Shown piece after piece: positions 1 to 11,158 of a DNA stretch of 64,000 nt (positions within the stretch are counted from its first letter, which is position 1; every line of letters starts with the position of its first letter). The notes beneath the pieces are model-generated. The model saw nothing but the letters and a program-made list of their open reading frames with translations. It made no database searches and was not told where the DNA came from. Origin of the DNA: Mayamaea pseudoterrestris. Taxonomy: Eukaryota. The translations under genes and the position numbers were made by a program. The stretch lies in NCBI GenBank assembly GCA_027923505.1, contig BROI01000006.1, positions 620,001-684,000 of the forward strand. The letters are read 5' to 3'.

Positions 1-357
1 GTTGCTGCACATCCTATCGGTACGAGTGGTTGCTGGCGAAACTAAGAATTAGAGATACAAGAATGCGATTGGTGAGAAAGGAAAGAAAACAAATGTGACA
101 CGCAAATTGCCGTTCATAACGAAGAAACTGCAGGCTCACAAAGCCCTTTGACCGATAAGCCAGTCTTATCGTTCTCCAAGCATCGTTGTCATTTTTCTTC
201 ATACCTTTCTATACATCTTTTCCTCGTTTGTCTCGACTTTTCGTAGCGTTGGCGGCGGTGCTGCTGCGCCGCTTCCATAGAAAGGATCGCTATTGGACTC
301 GCAGTATGCGCGCGGAGCTGGAGACAATATCCCTCGACTGCTGTGCGCTGACCCCAT
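1..357 (-). CDS. HIG1-domain protein (RCF1/HIGD2-like respiratory supercomplex factor), 3' end outside the window
   Basis: ATG at 357. Exon 357..205 ends ETNEEKMYRK, followed by a GT-AG intron 204..42. The next exon reads FRQQPLVPIGCAAT, giving the HIG1 signature EK..RK....PLVPIGC. Confidence 0.8.
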
Positions 358-1181
358 GATATGATTGCAAAGTAGCTTGTTCAAAGACGAGCTGGCTGCC
401 AGTTTTATCGCCCTCAACGAACACGATCAAAGCAAGCGAATGTGAATGAGTCGACGGATCGTCGTCGAAACTAAACGTCACAGCGGTTCTGATATTTTCG
501 CGCCCATTTTGAAGTGCGATCTTGGTGCCGCGACGGCGCGAAAACGGACGCGCGCCATGCGCCCATTTCCATAGCATGCAACGCCAACCGCAGCAAGTCT
601 CGCCACTTTAAAGTGGCTGCCAACGCCCAAATTGTGGACCACCAACGACGGCTTGGCGACTCTCATCGTGCACTGCGTGCCAAAATGACTGATACTACTT
701 GTCCGTCGATGAGGACAAGATTCATTATTCAAGTCATAAGCAAGCGACCGCCAACTGCGCCGACTGTAATCGCGTGCAACAACGACTTGATCTTGTTTAC
801 ACGTTAACCATCAAGCTGCGAGTTGCATTTATTTGTAAACGAAACGATATTTGACGAGTCAATCAGACTGACTGGCAAGAAAGATCTCTTCAAACGACTC
901 TGGCAATCGTACTGCCTTCAGAACAGCAATTTCCGACTTGTAAACGTTTGCGCTTTAACATGCCACCTTTGGAGCGATTCCCCTCAACTCTTGACACGTC
1001 AAGCTTTCTTTCCGTAGTTGACAGCCAGAGCCACTCGAGCAAGTCTTGCCATGAAACATTTACACGCATAGATCTTCGGAAAGTTGCAGTGCATGCTCAT
1101 CGAGACTTGGTGTGCAAGACTAATCCACTGCTTGAAACACGGTCGACTCAACATACGTCTGAAAAGGAACAGGACACCAAC

Positions 1182-1385
1182 ATGGATTGGGTAGACTTGT
1201 TTACGACGTGGTGCTCCTGTCGACCAATGTCGGAACGTCCGCGCAAGCGATCGGCTGTTGGAAGCACCAAGAATATCATGTATCCAGTGGCTCGATACCC
1301 AGATCGTTTGAACAGTCCACATTTGGTGCAACGCAGACGAAAGAGTATTGAACAGCACCTAATGTTTCGGCCAGTTGTGGAATGA
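1182..1385 (+). CDS. possible small ORF (67 aa), unknown function
   Basis: caacATG start context, open frame MDWVDLFTTWCSC...RPVVE, AT-rich sequence downstream. No recognisable domain. Confidence 0.25.
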   Translation: MDWVDLFTTWCSCRPMSERPRKRSAVGSTKNIMYPVARYPDRLNSPHLVQRRRKSIEQHLMFRPVVE

Positions 1386-1580
1386 GAAAGTGCGCTTGTG
1401 GAATAGTTCACGGACATTGCGGAGAGCGATGTGGCTTGCGCTTAAGAAACAACGTGAGATCCAAATGTATACTGAGTATAACTTGCTATGATGCGCAAAC
1501 TAATAAATGTAAATTAAATGTCTAGGAATTTGGAGTAGATGGTCACACTGGGTGACCACTGTAGTTTAAGAAGCGGTAGC

Positions 1581-3065
1581 TTATGCGCTGATTGCGCCGG
1601 CAGTGGCTCGCATTTCATTCTTCATTTCCTCTTCACCTTCCCATCCTTCAAACCACGCAACACCATGCTTTCGTGTGCCATCAAACACGTTGCGTCCGTG
1701 CATGCACTTGTAGTTGTCGAGCAATACAACATCGCCGTGCCTCATCTTGATGAAGCGAACATTCTTCATGGTAACTTCGTCAAGGTGCTTGAGCTGCTCG
1801 TCCGTCAATTCACCGTCGTCGCCAAAGAACATGTCAGACTTGTTGATTTGTGATGCACCATCCTCGAATCGCTCGGCGCCGTATCTGCAATCAAATTAAA
1901 TTAGCAAGATTAACAACGGAACACGCTATGCCATGCCATCATCGCATGGTTATACTCACATTGCTTCACGATCCTTTCGCAGCTTGCTCGAATGCGAATG
2001 TACATTGCAGAACCACGTTGGATCTCCAGTGACAGGATGAACGACAATTGGGGGTTGGCTCGGCGCTCTGGCCTGCAGCATGCGCGTATTGTCGTAACCT
2101 CGCTCACCCCACAGCAGCTCCACGTCAAAATCCACCTTGGCGTTGATTGCCGCCGAAACTATTCCCTTGACGGCGCCCATGACTGGTTCCTGCATAAAGT
2201 CTGGTAGATTGTCGACCCATCCGAAAAAGGGCAGCTCCATGACGCTGTAGCGAATCTGTCGATTGTACAAGTCTTCCACCAAATCGGAATCCAAGTCGCG
2301 AAACATGCGTCGACCATCGGCCAGCAAAAACTCGCCACCCTCCTCGGCGGGCTTGAAGCAGACAAAGGCGGCAGCCCGGGGAGCTCGCGTGCCGACGAAT
2401 TCATTGTGCATGCCTGTATGATATTAAAGCGAATGGAATAAGTTGGATGATGGATAGATGCGCCTTACCAAGTCAACTAGCAGCTTCAGCTTTACAAACA
2501 TCAAGCACCACTCACCAATAAAGAAATTCTTGCGACTCTCCTTATTAACAGCTTCATAGACTGGACTATTCTTGCTGCCATCCACCGTCGGCCGCGCGCT
2601 CACACTATGTAATGGATCCAAACAAACCTTCATGCCAAGGGCCTTGTAAAAATCTTGAAAGCCTGGTTGCGTCTTCATTAGTTCAAAGTCACGAAAGACC
2701 ACGGCTCCATGCTGTTGCATCATGCGCTTGAGTGTCATGGCGTTGCTACGAACGTATTCCAACTGACTGGCGGAGTCGTCGCCAAGCCCAAGGTTCTTGG
2801 CGGATATTTCGGGAGCAAACTCTGGAATCTCTTGTTGGCGGAGCTCCTGCTGCAGCTTGCGAATGTTTGAAATCTTTTCACCCCACTGCGTGAGCGGACT
2901 GAGTGGAGGTGGTGATGCATCAACGACGGAGGATGGAGCAGCAGTGGTGGAAGATGCGAGAAACGTAGAGGAGGTTGCAATCGTCGACCGCGCTCCTAGC
3001 CGTGGGGCAAAGGAGGAGACGCACGCGGCGCTTGCCGCAATAAGAGCCAGTGATCGAAGTAGCAT
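1581..3065 (-). CDS. TauD/TfdA-family Fe(II)/2-oxoglutarate dioxygenase, predicted plastid-targeted
   Basis: Exons 3065..2516, 2413..1960 and 1884..1581 with GT-AG introns 2515..2414 and 1959..1885. Motifs HGAVVFRDF, GMHNEF (HxE), HPVTGD and GDVVLLDN..CMHGR. N-terminal signal peptide followed by VSS-FAP. Confidence 0.88.
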
Positions 3066-3593
3066 GGTGTACTGTTGCTGCTGGATATTTGTATTTTACA
3101 AGAGCTGTTTGACGACGCCACCGAGTCGTTCTCTTTTGATCATGCAGGAGGACGAGCGAGCGTCGCGCGCAATCTCCAACTTCAAGCTCGCGAAGGAATG
3201 AGTCACGAATGAGACTCATTCCGTCTTAGGGTTGAAGGTTAATGACTGCCGCGACGGACAGGCGCGCGTGCGAAAGGTCATTGCGCCCAACTTGGCCATG
3301 ACCTTGAAACGCAAGAGCAAAGAGCAAGCCAGGGACTCGAGAGTGTGAGCATTCTGTAGTCCTCATTAGAGACTATCAAGCAAGTGAACCAGTTTCTAAA
3401 AGGAAATAGTGTTGGACAGTTTGCAGAAATTTCTTGTTGCCGTCGAACGAATCGAATCAGTGATTTGCCGAGGAGTGAGTTCTGAGGTTTTACAATCGAA
3501 TCGGAACCGGCGCACCATCGGATTGATTTACGTTCATCATTTGCTCAACACGACCATTAAAGTACTCATTTTAGAATACTACACAATACAACC

Positions 3594-4871
3594 ATGACGG
3601 ACATTGATGCTGTCAATGAGCGACTCAACAATCTCGTGAGCCTGCTGCAAGCCGTCGGCATTAGCGATGTCAGCAAGGATGACATGGCGCGCGTCAGTCA
3701 AAGCCTTACCAATGGCAGTCAATTGAACGAAGCTCAGATTGAGCAACTCATTCGCAAGCTTCAAGGGGCCAACGGATCAGCCCCGCAGGTGATTGCAGCT
3801 TTGGAGGCGCATGCTCATTCTGGAAACAATGGAAGAAGTGCAGCAACATCAAGCAGCAGCAATCGTCACGCACGAGCTGCTCCTCCACCGCCACCGGAAC
3901 CAGAGGAGGAAGAGGAAGACTCGGATTCCTTTGACGAGGATGCCGACTATCCAATGGTCGGCCATGGTGTCAGTGACGACATGAGCGTCATGTCCGACTT
4001 AACAACACCAACGGTTGTGTCAAGCCTTCACATTCCAGAAGAGGAGCACTATCGCGAAGGATCACTCCCACCCATGATGATTGGAGGTGACGGCAATCTT
4101 CCATCCATGATGATTGCTCCGCCCAAGCGCAAAAACTTGGTGCAGCCGCAGCGCGCCGGAGCACTGGCTCCGCCTCCCGCCCGACGACCAACCAGTCGAC
4201 CGGATCGCGGCGGAGCCGCCAGCGCTAGACTCAAGAATTATCAAACCACCATGGCAAAGCTGAGTGATCCAGTTCCGAAAAAGAGTGGCGTCAAAAAGTC
4301 GTCCACTGCCGCCGCCGCCAATAGTGCAACGTCACCCAATGTATCCGCGCCAAAGAAAAAGGCGGCACCCAAAAAGAAGACGGATGAAAACTTTTCAGAC
4401 TTGGCAGCATCCAGAGGAGGCAACGATGTTGGTAATAATGGTGGTTGGGGCAGTGCGCCGGCTACTGCCAACCAAAAGTCGCCACGGCAAGCTCCTAAAA
4501 AGAAGGTTTCTAGTGGTGGTGCCGGAAAGACTCCCATTGATGACGATGGTTTCCTCGTGGGCGACGGGTTTGATCCGTTTGATACTGCAGCAAATCCATT
4601 CAAAAGCAGCGCCGGCGATTTGGAGTTTGGTATGGCAAGCAGTGACCCGTTTCGAGCTGATTTTGATGCGTTTGGTTCCTTCAACATGTCACAGCCAGCC
4701 AGACCGTCGCAAGCTGGTCCAGCAGCAGCGGCCAAGCCTCGCGTCAAGAAACCTGTAGCCGCGCAAGCAGCAACAGCAGCAGCGCCTGGGCTGCAGCGCA
4801 AAGCACCCGCCACTGCCAAGAATGTCGAAGGACGGCCTCGGCGTGCGCGACGGGCTAGCGCCATATCATAG
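3594..4871 (+). CDS. hypothetical low-complexity protein (425 aa)
   Basis: Long single ORF with accATG context. Acidic, Pro- and Lys-rich segments, DDMSVMSDLTTPT and several DPF/NPF motifs. Confidence 0.75.
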   Translation: MTDIDAVNERLNNLVSLLQAVGISDVSKDDMARVSQSLTNGSQLNEAQIEQLIRKLQGANGSAPQVIAALEAHAHSGNNGRSAATSSSSNRHARAAPPPPPEPEEEEEDSDSFDEDADYPMVGHGVSDDMSVMSDLTTPTVVSSLHIPEEEHYREGSLPPMMIGGDGNLPSMMIAPPKRKNLVQPQRAGALAPPPARRPTSRPDRGGAASARLKNYQTTMAKLSDPVPKKSGVKKSSTAAAANSATSPNVSAPKKKAAPKKKTDENFSDLAASRGGNDVGNNGGWGSAPATANQKSPRQAPKKKVSSGGAGKTPIDDDGFLVGDGFDPFDTAANPFKSSAGDLEFGMASSDPFRADFDAFGSFNMSQPARPSQAGPAAAAKPRVKKPVAAQAATAAAPGLQRKAPATAKNVEGRPRRARRASAIS

Positions 4872-6313
4872 AGATTGTTCAAACGAATAAGATACGTAAC
4901 TAACAATTGACACGTACATCCGCGAGCAACTATTGCAAACACAAAGGTCCACTGCTGGCTGAATAAATAGGACAAGTTTACTTACAATAGACTACAAAAG
5001 TCGAATTATTTTACTATGTGCTATGTACACTTCATCAGGTATCATACCGCTAGCGCGACTGCAATTCCATAGAGCGCACGTAAGAGAACTAGTGACAAGG
5101 TTTGTCTGTATCTATATTATAAAGCAACTAGTATGTAACATTACTAGTTAAGAGCATGGTCGAAGCAATGACAACTTTGATGGCAGCGGGGATTGCCTAA
5201 ACAATGAGCTGCTACACAAACAATAATCATGCCAACATGAGGGGCAATAATCAATTATGAAGCATTTTGGCAGGTGGCACGTTCGTACTTGGTGGATGTC
5301 ACTTCAATATGTGTTTCAAATGTCCGAGTCATTGTCTAAAACAAAAAATGTCATTGGCCGTATCATCACCTGCAGTTCATGTCCCGGTGCTTCCAGAATC
5401 GCTCGGATTCGTGGTCAAGCGAATGAGGCTGTACAAAATGAGACGCCAGAATGCTTAACTTCCTCGCGAACTTGGTGAGGGCAATACCGAACATGTCGCC
5501 ACGTAAGGGACGGAGGTGGAGCTACAAGCAGATGGATCATTCCGAAAACATTCGAGTTCGGATTGTTAGCCAATGAAACTTGGAAATTGTTCAACTTGTT
5601 ATTGAAAGGGCGATTAGATATTGCGGAACACCTTGCAGTCAGCCAATGAGTTTGAAACGATTGCAGGCCACGTCAGTTGAAGGGTGGCATCGACACGACT
5701 ATTGTCGAGGTGGCGCGGCGGCGGCGTAAGTGGAGAAAACGGCAAGCGCCAATTCTTGCGAATGTCGCGGTCCATCTGCGATTGCTTGGTGGCGGTCAAA
5801 CCATTCGAACCGAGAAGATCGGAACCTGATTTCTCGTTCAGAATCACTCTCTCATAGTCGTCCGCTCGCAAAAGTGACGACTAGAACGAGTGAAGCTATA
5901 GGAGAGGAGAGAGCGAAAGGTAAGCATTGCTCGAGCGAGTCGAAAACGAGATTGTCTGCGTTTCATCGTTGCAGCTGGACTCGCTATACGCTGCGAATCT
6001 TGGGAACCAAGAACGGTTCAACGTGAGGGAATGGTGAATAGAGAGGAGCGAGTATGAGATGTATTTGGTCTCGCATGCAACGAAATACTTTGTTATACTT
6101 GTAAAGGTATTCAGTAATGTCGGCACTCGTTCTCGCCTCTCGCACCTCTTCGCCTCCAGCCGTCCACTCTCCTATCCATCGCGCATCGCGCCACCCGGCT
6201 TATGTTCAACCTTTTCATCGACCTTTCATTCTTGCCCTTTCCGCATGCTCTGACATAAACCTATCTCTTCTTGACTCCTTTCTCTACAGACTATATCTTA
6301 CTTACAGAAAATA

Positions 6314-7659
6314 ATGTCCGACGCCAACGACTCGGCCCATTCGCTCCCCGGAAGCCCCAATGCCAAGAAACATGCAGCTTCATCCATTGACTCGAATCAT
6401 CTACGGCATTTCCTCGGAGCGCAGCAACATGCACATGGACAACCATCGGAATTGTCGCCAAGCATTGTCGCTCTCCTTCTGCAGCAGCAACAGTTGCAGC
6501 AGCAGCAACAACAACAACAAATTTCTCCGCAGCTCATCGCCCTCATGCAGCGCCAGCAGCAGGAGCAACTCTTGGCTCTCCAGCTCGCTCAAATGCAGCA
6601 GCAGCAACAGCAGCAGCCTCAGCTTGATCGCTTACTGGCTGGTCTATCAGCAGGAGGTACAAATTTCGACATGCTCCTGGCGCAGCAACAAATGCTGCAG
6701 CAGATGCACACTCCGTCGCTGTTGAACAATTCCTATTTGAGTGGAATGAACAATGCAGACTCCATTTCCAATGCGCAGCTATCGGCAGCGAGTGCGCTGA
6801 CGGAAATGCAGGACGTGAAGCCCCAGGCGACAAAGTCGGTATCGTCGTCATCGGCCACCTCCAACGAGGGAGGTGCGGTGCCCAACGGACCTGCCGCAAC
6901 ATCATCTGACGGCGGCGACGAGGAACTGGAGGAGCAAGCCGATGACGGATCCGTGGAAGACTCGCAGGATACCTTTCCGTTCAAACTGTATCGCATGCTC
7001 ATGAACGCCGAAAAGGATGGTCAGGAGCACATTGTTTCGTTCAACACTTCGGGAAAGTGCTTTTCCATCCACAAACCTCGCTTGTTTGTCTCGGAAGTCA
7101 TGCCCAAATACTTTTCCACCTCCAGGACCAGTTCGTTCCAGCGTCAGTTGAATCTCTACGGCTTTAGGAGAGTTGCTGAAGGTTTGTATCTTTTTCTGTT
7201 GCATTCAGAGTGTCATTCTGCATGTTGCTGACCTGCTTCTCACCTCGCTGCACTTCTTTATTTGACGCAGGACCCGACAAGGGAGCTTACTGGCACGAAT
7301 CATTCCTCCGAGGACGCAGATCGCAATGCAAGAACATTCGCCGCAAGAAGCCAACCATCAAGCTTCCGCCTTCTGCCTTTGGCTACTTGCTAAGCGCTGC
7401 CAATGGAGCAGCTGCCATGAACCCCCATGCGTTTTCGGTCCGCCAAATGATTGCAGATGGGCAGCTTTCCGCGGAGCAACGGATCCTGGCGGCGACGCAG
7501 CAAACCAATCCGGCACTGGCAGCCGCGTTGCTGTTGGAGAAGCAGCGGCAGCAGGCAGACTTGCTCAACCAGCTCGTCTTGCGCCAGCATCAGGAGCGTG
7601 AACTGGAACGCCAGCTGTTGGATCAGGCATTGGCAAAGGAACAAAAGCACATTGAGTAA
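6314..7659 (+). CDS. HSF-type DNA-binding transcription factor with poly-Q N-terminus
   Basis: FPFKLYRML...IVSF...SSFQRQLNLYGF, then intron 7182..7270 (GT..AG), then GPDKGAYWHESFLRG completing the HSF domain. Confidence 0.92.
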
Positions 7660-8152
7660 CATACAAACTACTCTACATTGATGTCATGAACACCACGATA
7701 CACCCACAAGCCTGCTTCACTTTTGTTGCAGTCAACAATACACACAAAGGAGGCTTTGCTCTCACACACTTGCTCACTCACACAAATGAGCAGCCCCGCA
7801 GCTTCAAGACGTTGGTCAAGCTATTGTAAATATTGCAATGTATAGCAAAACCTTGTTGCGTCTGAATGCAATGACTACTGGGTAGGGTATGGTGTAACTC
7901 CTACTCCTTGCATGCACGCGTAGTACGAATTAGGTTGAGTCCTAGTAAGACGCAAAATAGTCGTACCGGTACAGAGACCGAAACGGATCGTTTTGTGACC
8001 GCCGATTTGATGACAATGATGTAATCGCCGTCACGAACAACTACAGTACTGGTTTCGTAGCAACGATGAAAACTTCAATGTGACTTTTTAATGAAGGTTT
8101 CACTTTGTCACATCAAAGCTGAAGCAAGTGTGTCGTGAGAGGAGAGTGCAGG

Positions 8153-9328
8153 ATGCTTCGACGACCCAGATGCAATCTTGAAACCTTTCTCGCCTTGTGC
8201 TCGCTTCCGATTTTCTATGTACTTTTTGCTCAACTGCATCTTATGCTGCTACAAGGTCCCTTGGCAACATCACGCACGCAAGTAAAGAATAATGACTTAC
8301 CAATATTTGTACGTCTCATTAATGACACTGACGTTTCGGAGTGCACTCATCACCAATGCATTCAAAAGCTTGCAGCCAACCTTTCTCGAACATGGAAGCA
8401 ACGATCCTTTTCAACATGGAAGGATTCGCATTCATCGGCGTTAAACACTTGCATGCTCGTCAAGGTCCCAAAGTCTGCTAGTAGTACAGTAGCTGGAATG
8501 ATGCTCCGTTTGGGACGTGCCTTCAACTGCAGCGTCTCTTGGCAACATGGAAGCGCGAGAGAAAAGTTATCTAATGTTACTGCAAAACCATTGATACTCT
8601 TGGCGCCGATTCGAATGCCGGAAACGCGAGCGCTGTCGCATGTATACTTTCACAAGGTTACCTTTCATGCGGCACCTTCGCAGGCGAATGCGCGCAGTAA
8701 AACGCCAGGAGACTCCTTTGTCAAGACGCAGCTGGAACAAATGCCAGCAAACTTTATTACCGACTACACGCGCATCAACAATGACATTGAGCTTGCCACA
8801 GATATGGGCGAGCTGCAGACTGTGGTGCAAGACATTATAAACACCTACGACTTTTTGTTTGTCGTGGAGCGCATGGATGAAAGCTTGATTGTGCTTGCGT
8901 GGATCTTGAACGTACCAGTCACGACGCTGCTGACCTTTTCATCCAAGCAAGGCGATAGCTGGTACTTGGTGGGCGGCGCGAATCGACCGAAATGCGTGCG
9001 TTTGGTGAAGCCGGTGCTGACGCCAGCAGTTCGGTCGCGCTTGGAGTCGCCGCAATGGAGGAGACGCAACTTTGCAGACTTGTTGCTGTATGCCGCGGCG
9101 AACAATTCGCTTGACGAGACGATTGATGCAATAGGACGGGACATTGTGGCAAAGCGAGTGGAGCAGTTACAGGAGTACAAGGCGCGTTTACAATCATCGT
9201 GCGCAAACACTACACATTTTCCTTGCAGCGACGCCGGCCAGCCGCAGTTGGAACTATCTCGCGTGGCATGCATTGAGCGTGACTTTGGATGTGGGTACAA
9301 GTGTATTGAAGATCTATTTGATGGTTAA
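8153..9328 (+). CDS. Golgi-type (type II membrane) sulfotransferase, Gal-3-O-sulfotransferase-like
   Basis: N-terminal TM helix, 5'-PSB motif VKVPKSASST, 3'-PB-like IRMPETRALS, YDFLFVVERMDESLIVL and D..LY.AAN.SLD.TI. Confidence 0.8.
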   Translation: MLRRPRCNLETFLALCSLPIFYVLFAQLHLMLLQGPLATSRTQVKNNDLPIFVRLINDTDVSECTHHQCIQKLAANLSRTWKQRSFSTWKDSHSSALNTCMLVKVPKSASSTVAGMMLRLGRAFNCSVSWQHGSAREKLSNVTAKPLILLAPIRMPETRALSHVYFHKVTFHAAPSQANARSKTPGDSFVKTQLEQMPANFITDYTRINNDIELATDMGELQTVVQDIINTYDFLFVVERMDESLIVLAWILNVPVTTLLTFSSKQGDSWYLVGGANRPKCVRLVKPVLTPAVRSRLESPQWRRRNFADLLLYAAANNSLDETIDAIGRDIVAKRVEQLQEYKARLQSSCANTTHFPCSDAGQPQLELSRVACIERDFGCGYKCIEDLFDG

Positions 9329-9404
9329 CTACTGGTCTAGCTTTTCCCAGCGAAACCCTGTGAAACTTATGTGCAAAGAGCCCCCAAATTATTTTGCCAA
9401 TCGC

Positions 9405-10478
9405 TTAATCGCAATATGATATTTGACTATCGTCGTTCTGAAAACAGGTCAAGCCGGCACAGCACTTTTCATCAGAACTGCATTCAGTTCCTTTGGTCAA
9501 GCAAACAGCTTGCGTCGGTCTTGGTGTGGTCGGAACAACCGGAGGTCGCGTCGGAGCAACTGGTTTGGGTGTTTGGGCAACGGGAGACGGGGTTCGAACG
9601 ACTGGTGATTCAACAATTTGCGCCACCGGAGCCGGTGTGCTGATTACTGGCGATGGTGTTCGGGCGATTGGTGTTGGCGTTCGAGCGATTGGTGATGGTG
9701 TTCGAGCGATTGGAGCCGGCGTAGGAGCGGCGACGCAAATCCCCGACGATGTGACTTCGACGCGTTCCGACGTACCCGGCAATCCCTTGCTGCTAGAACC
9801 CTGGCCCTTTATTCCTTTACTGCTAGCAGACCCCTTGATGCCCTTACTGCTGGCAGACCCTTTGATAGATTTGGAGCCACTTCCGCTTCCGCTGGCAGAT
9901 CCTTCGCCTTTGATGCTCTTCCCCTTGCTGAAAGTTAGCTTGACACCCTTCTTACTGGCGCTATCTGAAAAAGTTTGCTTTATAATTCCTTTGCTGCCGC
10001 CTTTTACTTGTGACTGCTTGGAACTTGCACTACTGCTGCCGCCTTTGGATGCGCCATGATTTGTTGCGCCCGAACCGACGGAAATTCCTTTGCTCTGCTT
10101 TGATGTACCAACTGCTCCAGAGCTACTGCCTTTTACCAGCTTTGATGCGCGTTTGCTGTCTGCCTTGCTACCTGGAGCCTTTTTGTTTGGTATACTGGCT
10201 CCACTGCCTTTTGCACTGCTCCCGTCCGACGCATGTGATCTTTGAAGATTTCGTCGCCCCCTGTCGCAAACCCCAGAGCAACAGTCGTTGGATGAGGAGC
10301 ATGCTTGATCAAGATTTAGGCAAGTTGCGATGTTTCGCGACACTAAATTTCGACCGTCATTTTGCAACCAGTTTGCTTGGCCATCACCGCCTCGCAGTGT
10401 GCCATAAGTGTGTCGCTCGGAGGCTTCAAGCAGCCATGCCATTGACAATAGCAAGGTAACATGACATTGTTTGATCAT
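9405..10478 (-). CDS. secreted Ser/Gly/Lys-rich KxxK protein with Pro/Thr repeats and two Cys-rich motifs (silaffin/cell-wall-protein-like)
   Basis: First ATG at 10478 gives a signal-peptide-like N-terminus. It carries LRG and two RNL (RxL) sites, KGSASSKGIK repeats, (ARTP[ST]PI)n repeats and two C-x6-C-x5-CC motifs. Confidence 0.75.
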   Translation of the reverse strand: MIKQCHVTLLLSMAWLLEASERHTYGTLRGGDGQANWLQNDGRNLVSRNIATCLNLDQACSSSNDCCSGVCDRGRRNLQRSHASDGSSAKGSGASIPNKKAPGSKADSKRASKLVKGSSSGAVGTSKQSKGISVGSGATNHGASKGGSSSASSKQSQVKGGSKGIIKQTFSDSASKKGVKLTFSKGKSIKGEGSASGSGSGSKSIKGSASSKGIKGSASSKGIKGQGSSSKGLPGTSERVEVTSSGICVAAPTPAPIARTPSPIARTPTPIARTPSPVISTPAPVAQIVESPVVRTPSPVAQTPKPVAPTRPPVVPTTPRPTQAVCLTKGTECSSDEKCCAGLTCFQNDDSQISYCD

Positions 10479-11158
10479 TATCACTTGAAAATGCACGTGT
10501 TTATCGACTATAATGGCGACGAGGCGTAACTGCAGGATAGTGTGACTAGGTTGATTGAAAATCCCGGATTGTTCCGTGGATGAGCGTCGCGCGGAAGCCA
10601 AGGAATCGTGTGAAGTGACCGAATTTTAAAGTGACCTAAGTAGCCATCGTCAACGGACATCTTTTCGTCGAGCATGCAGGGTCATTCGAACTATCTTTCG
10701 TGCGTCTTTCGAATTCTCATGAACGTCAGTCCAGTTCTTGGCCTTGTCCTTGACCCTGCTGGATCGGCGAATCGCATGTTCAAATCCTAGGACGAAGAAT
10801 CGGCAAGGTTCCACAGTTGACGTCGCAGAGCCAATGCGAGACGAAGGTAGTCCTCCATGGCGGTAGCTAACAACAATGATGATAGTTGCTGATCTCGTCA
10901 ACTTTCCAAGTACTGAAAATAGTTGATTAGAATGCATTAGGTAGCGTATAGAGCACGTGGGTTTTATCATTTTTATAAAGTATTCTAGGACAAAGGTCGG
11001 TTCATTGCTCAACAGAGCAAGCGTAACAGAAAGCACATCAATCACAAATAATAGGCTAGAGTCGAAGACATCCAGCAACAGTAACACGCTGTCACAGTAA
11101 ACATGAAACAGAAAGAGCGCGCGCAGCAGACGGTAGCGCAGCGCCAAGCATATTGCTT

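Noticed and set aside
3225..3233. Telomere-like TTAGGG / AACCCTAA motifs (also about 25449)
   Set aside because: Single copies only, not arrays.
4241..4975. Long antisense ORFs (also 9493..10059, 14941..15537, 58089..58709 and similar)
   Set aside because: They are shadows of real genes on the opposite strand and have no recognisable domains.
10770..10795. tRNA T-loop-like GTTCAAATCC
   Set aside because: No cloverleaf, acceptor stem or D-arm could be built around it.
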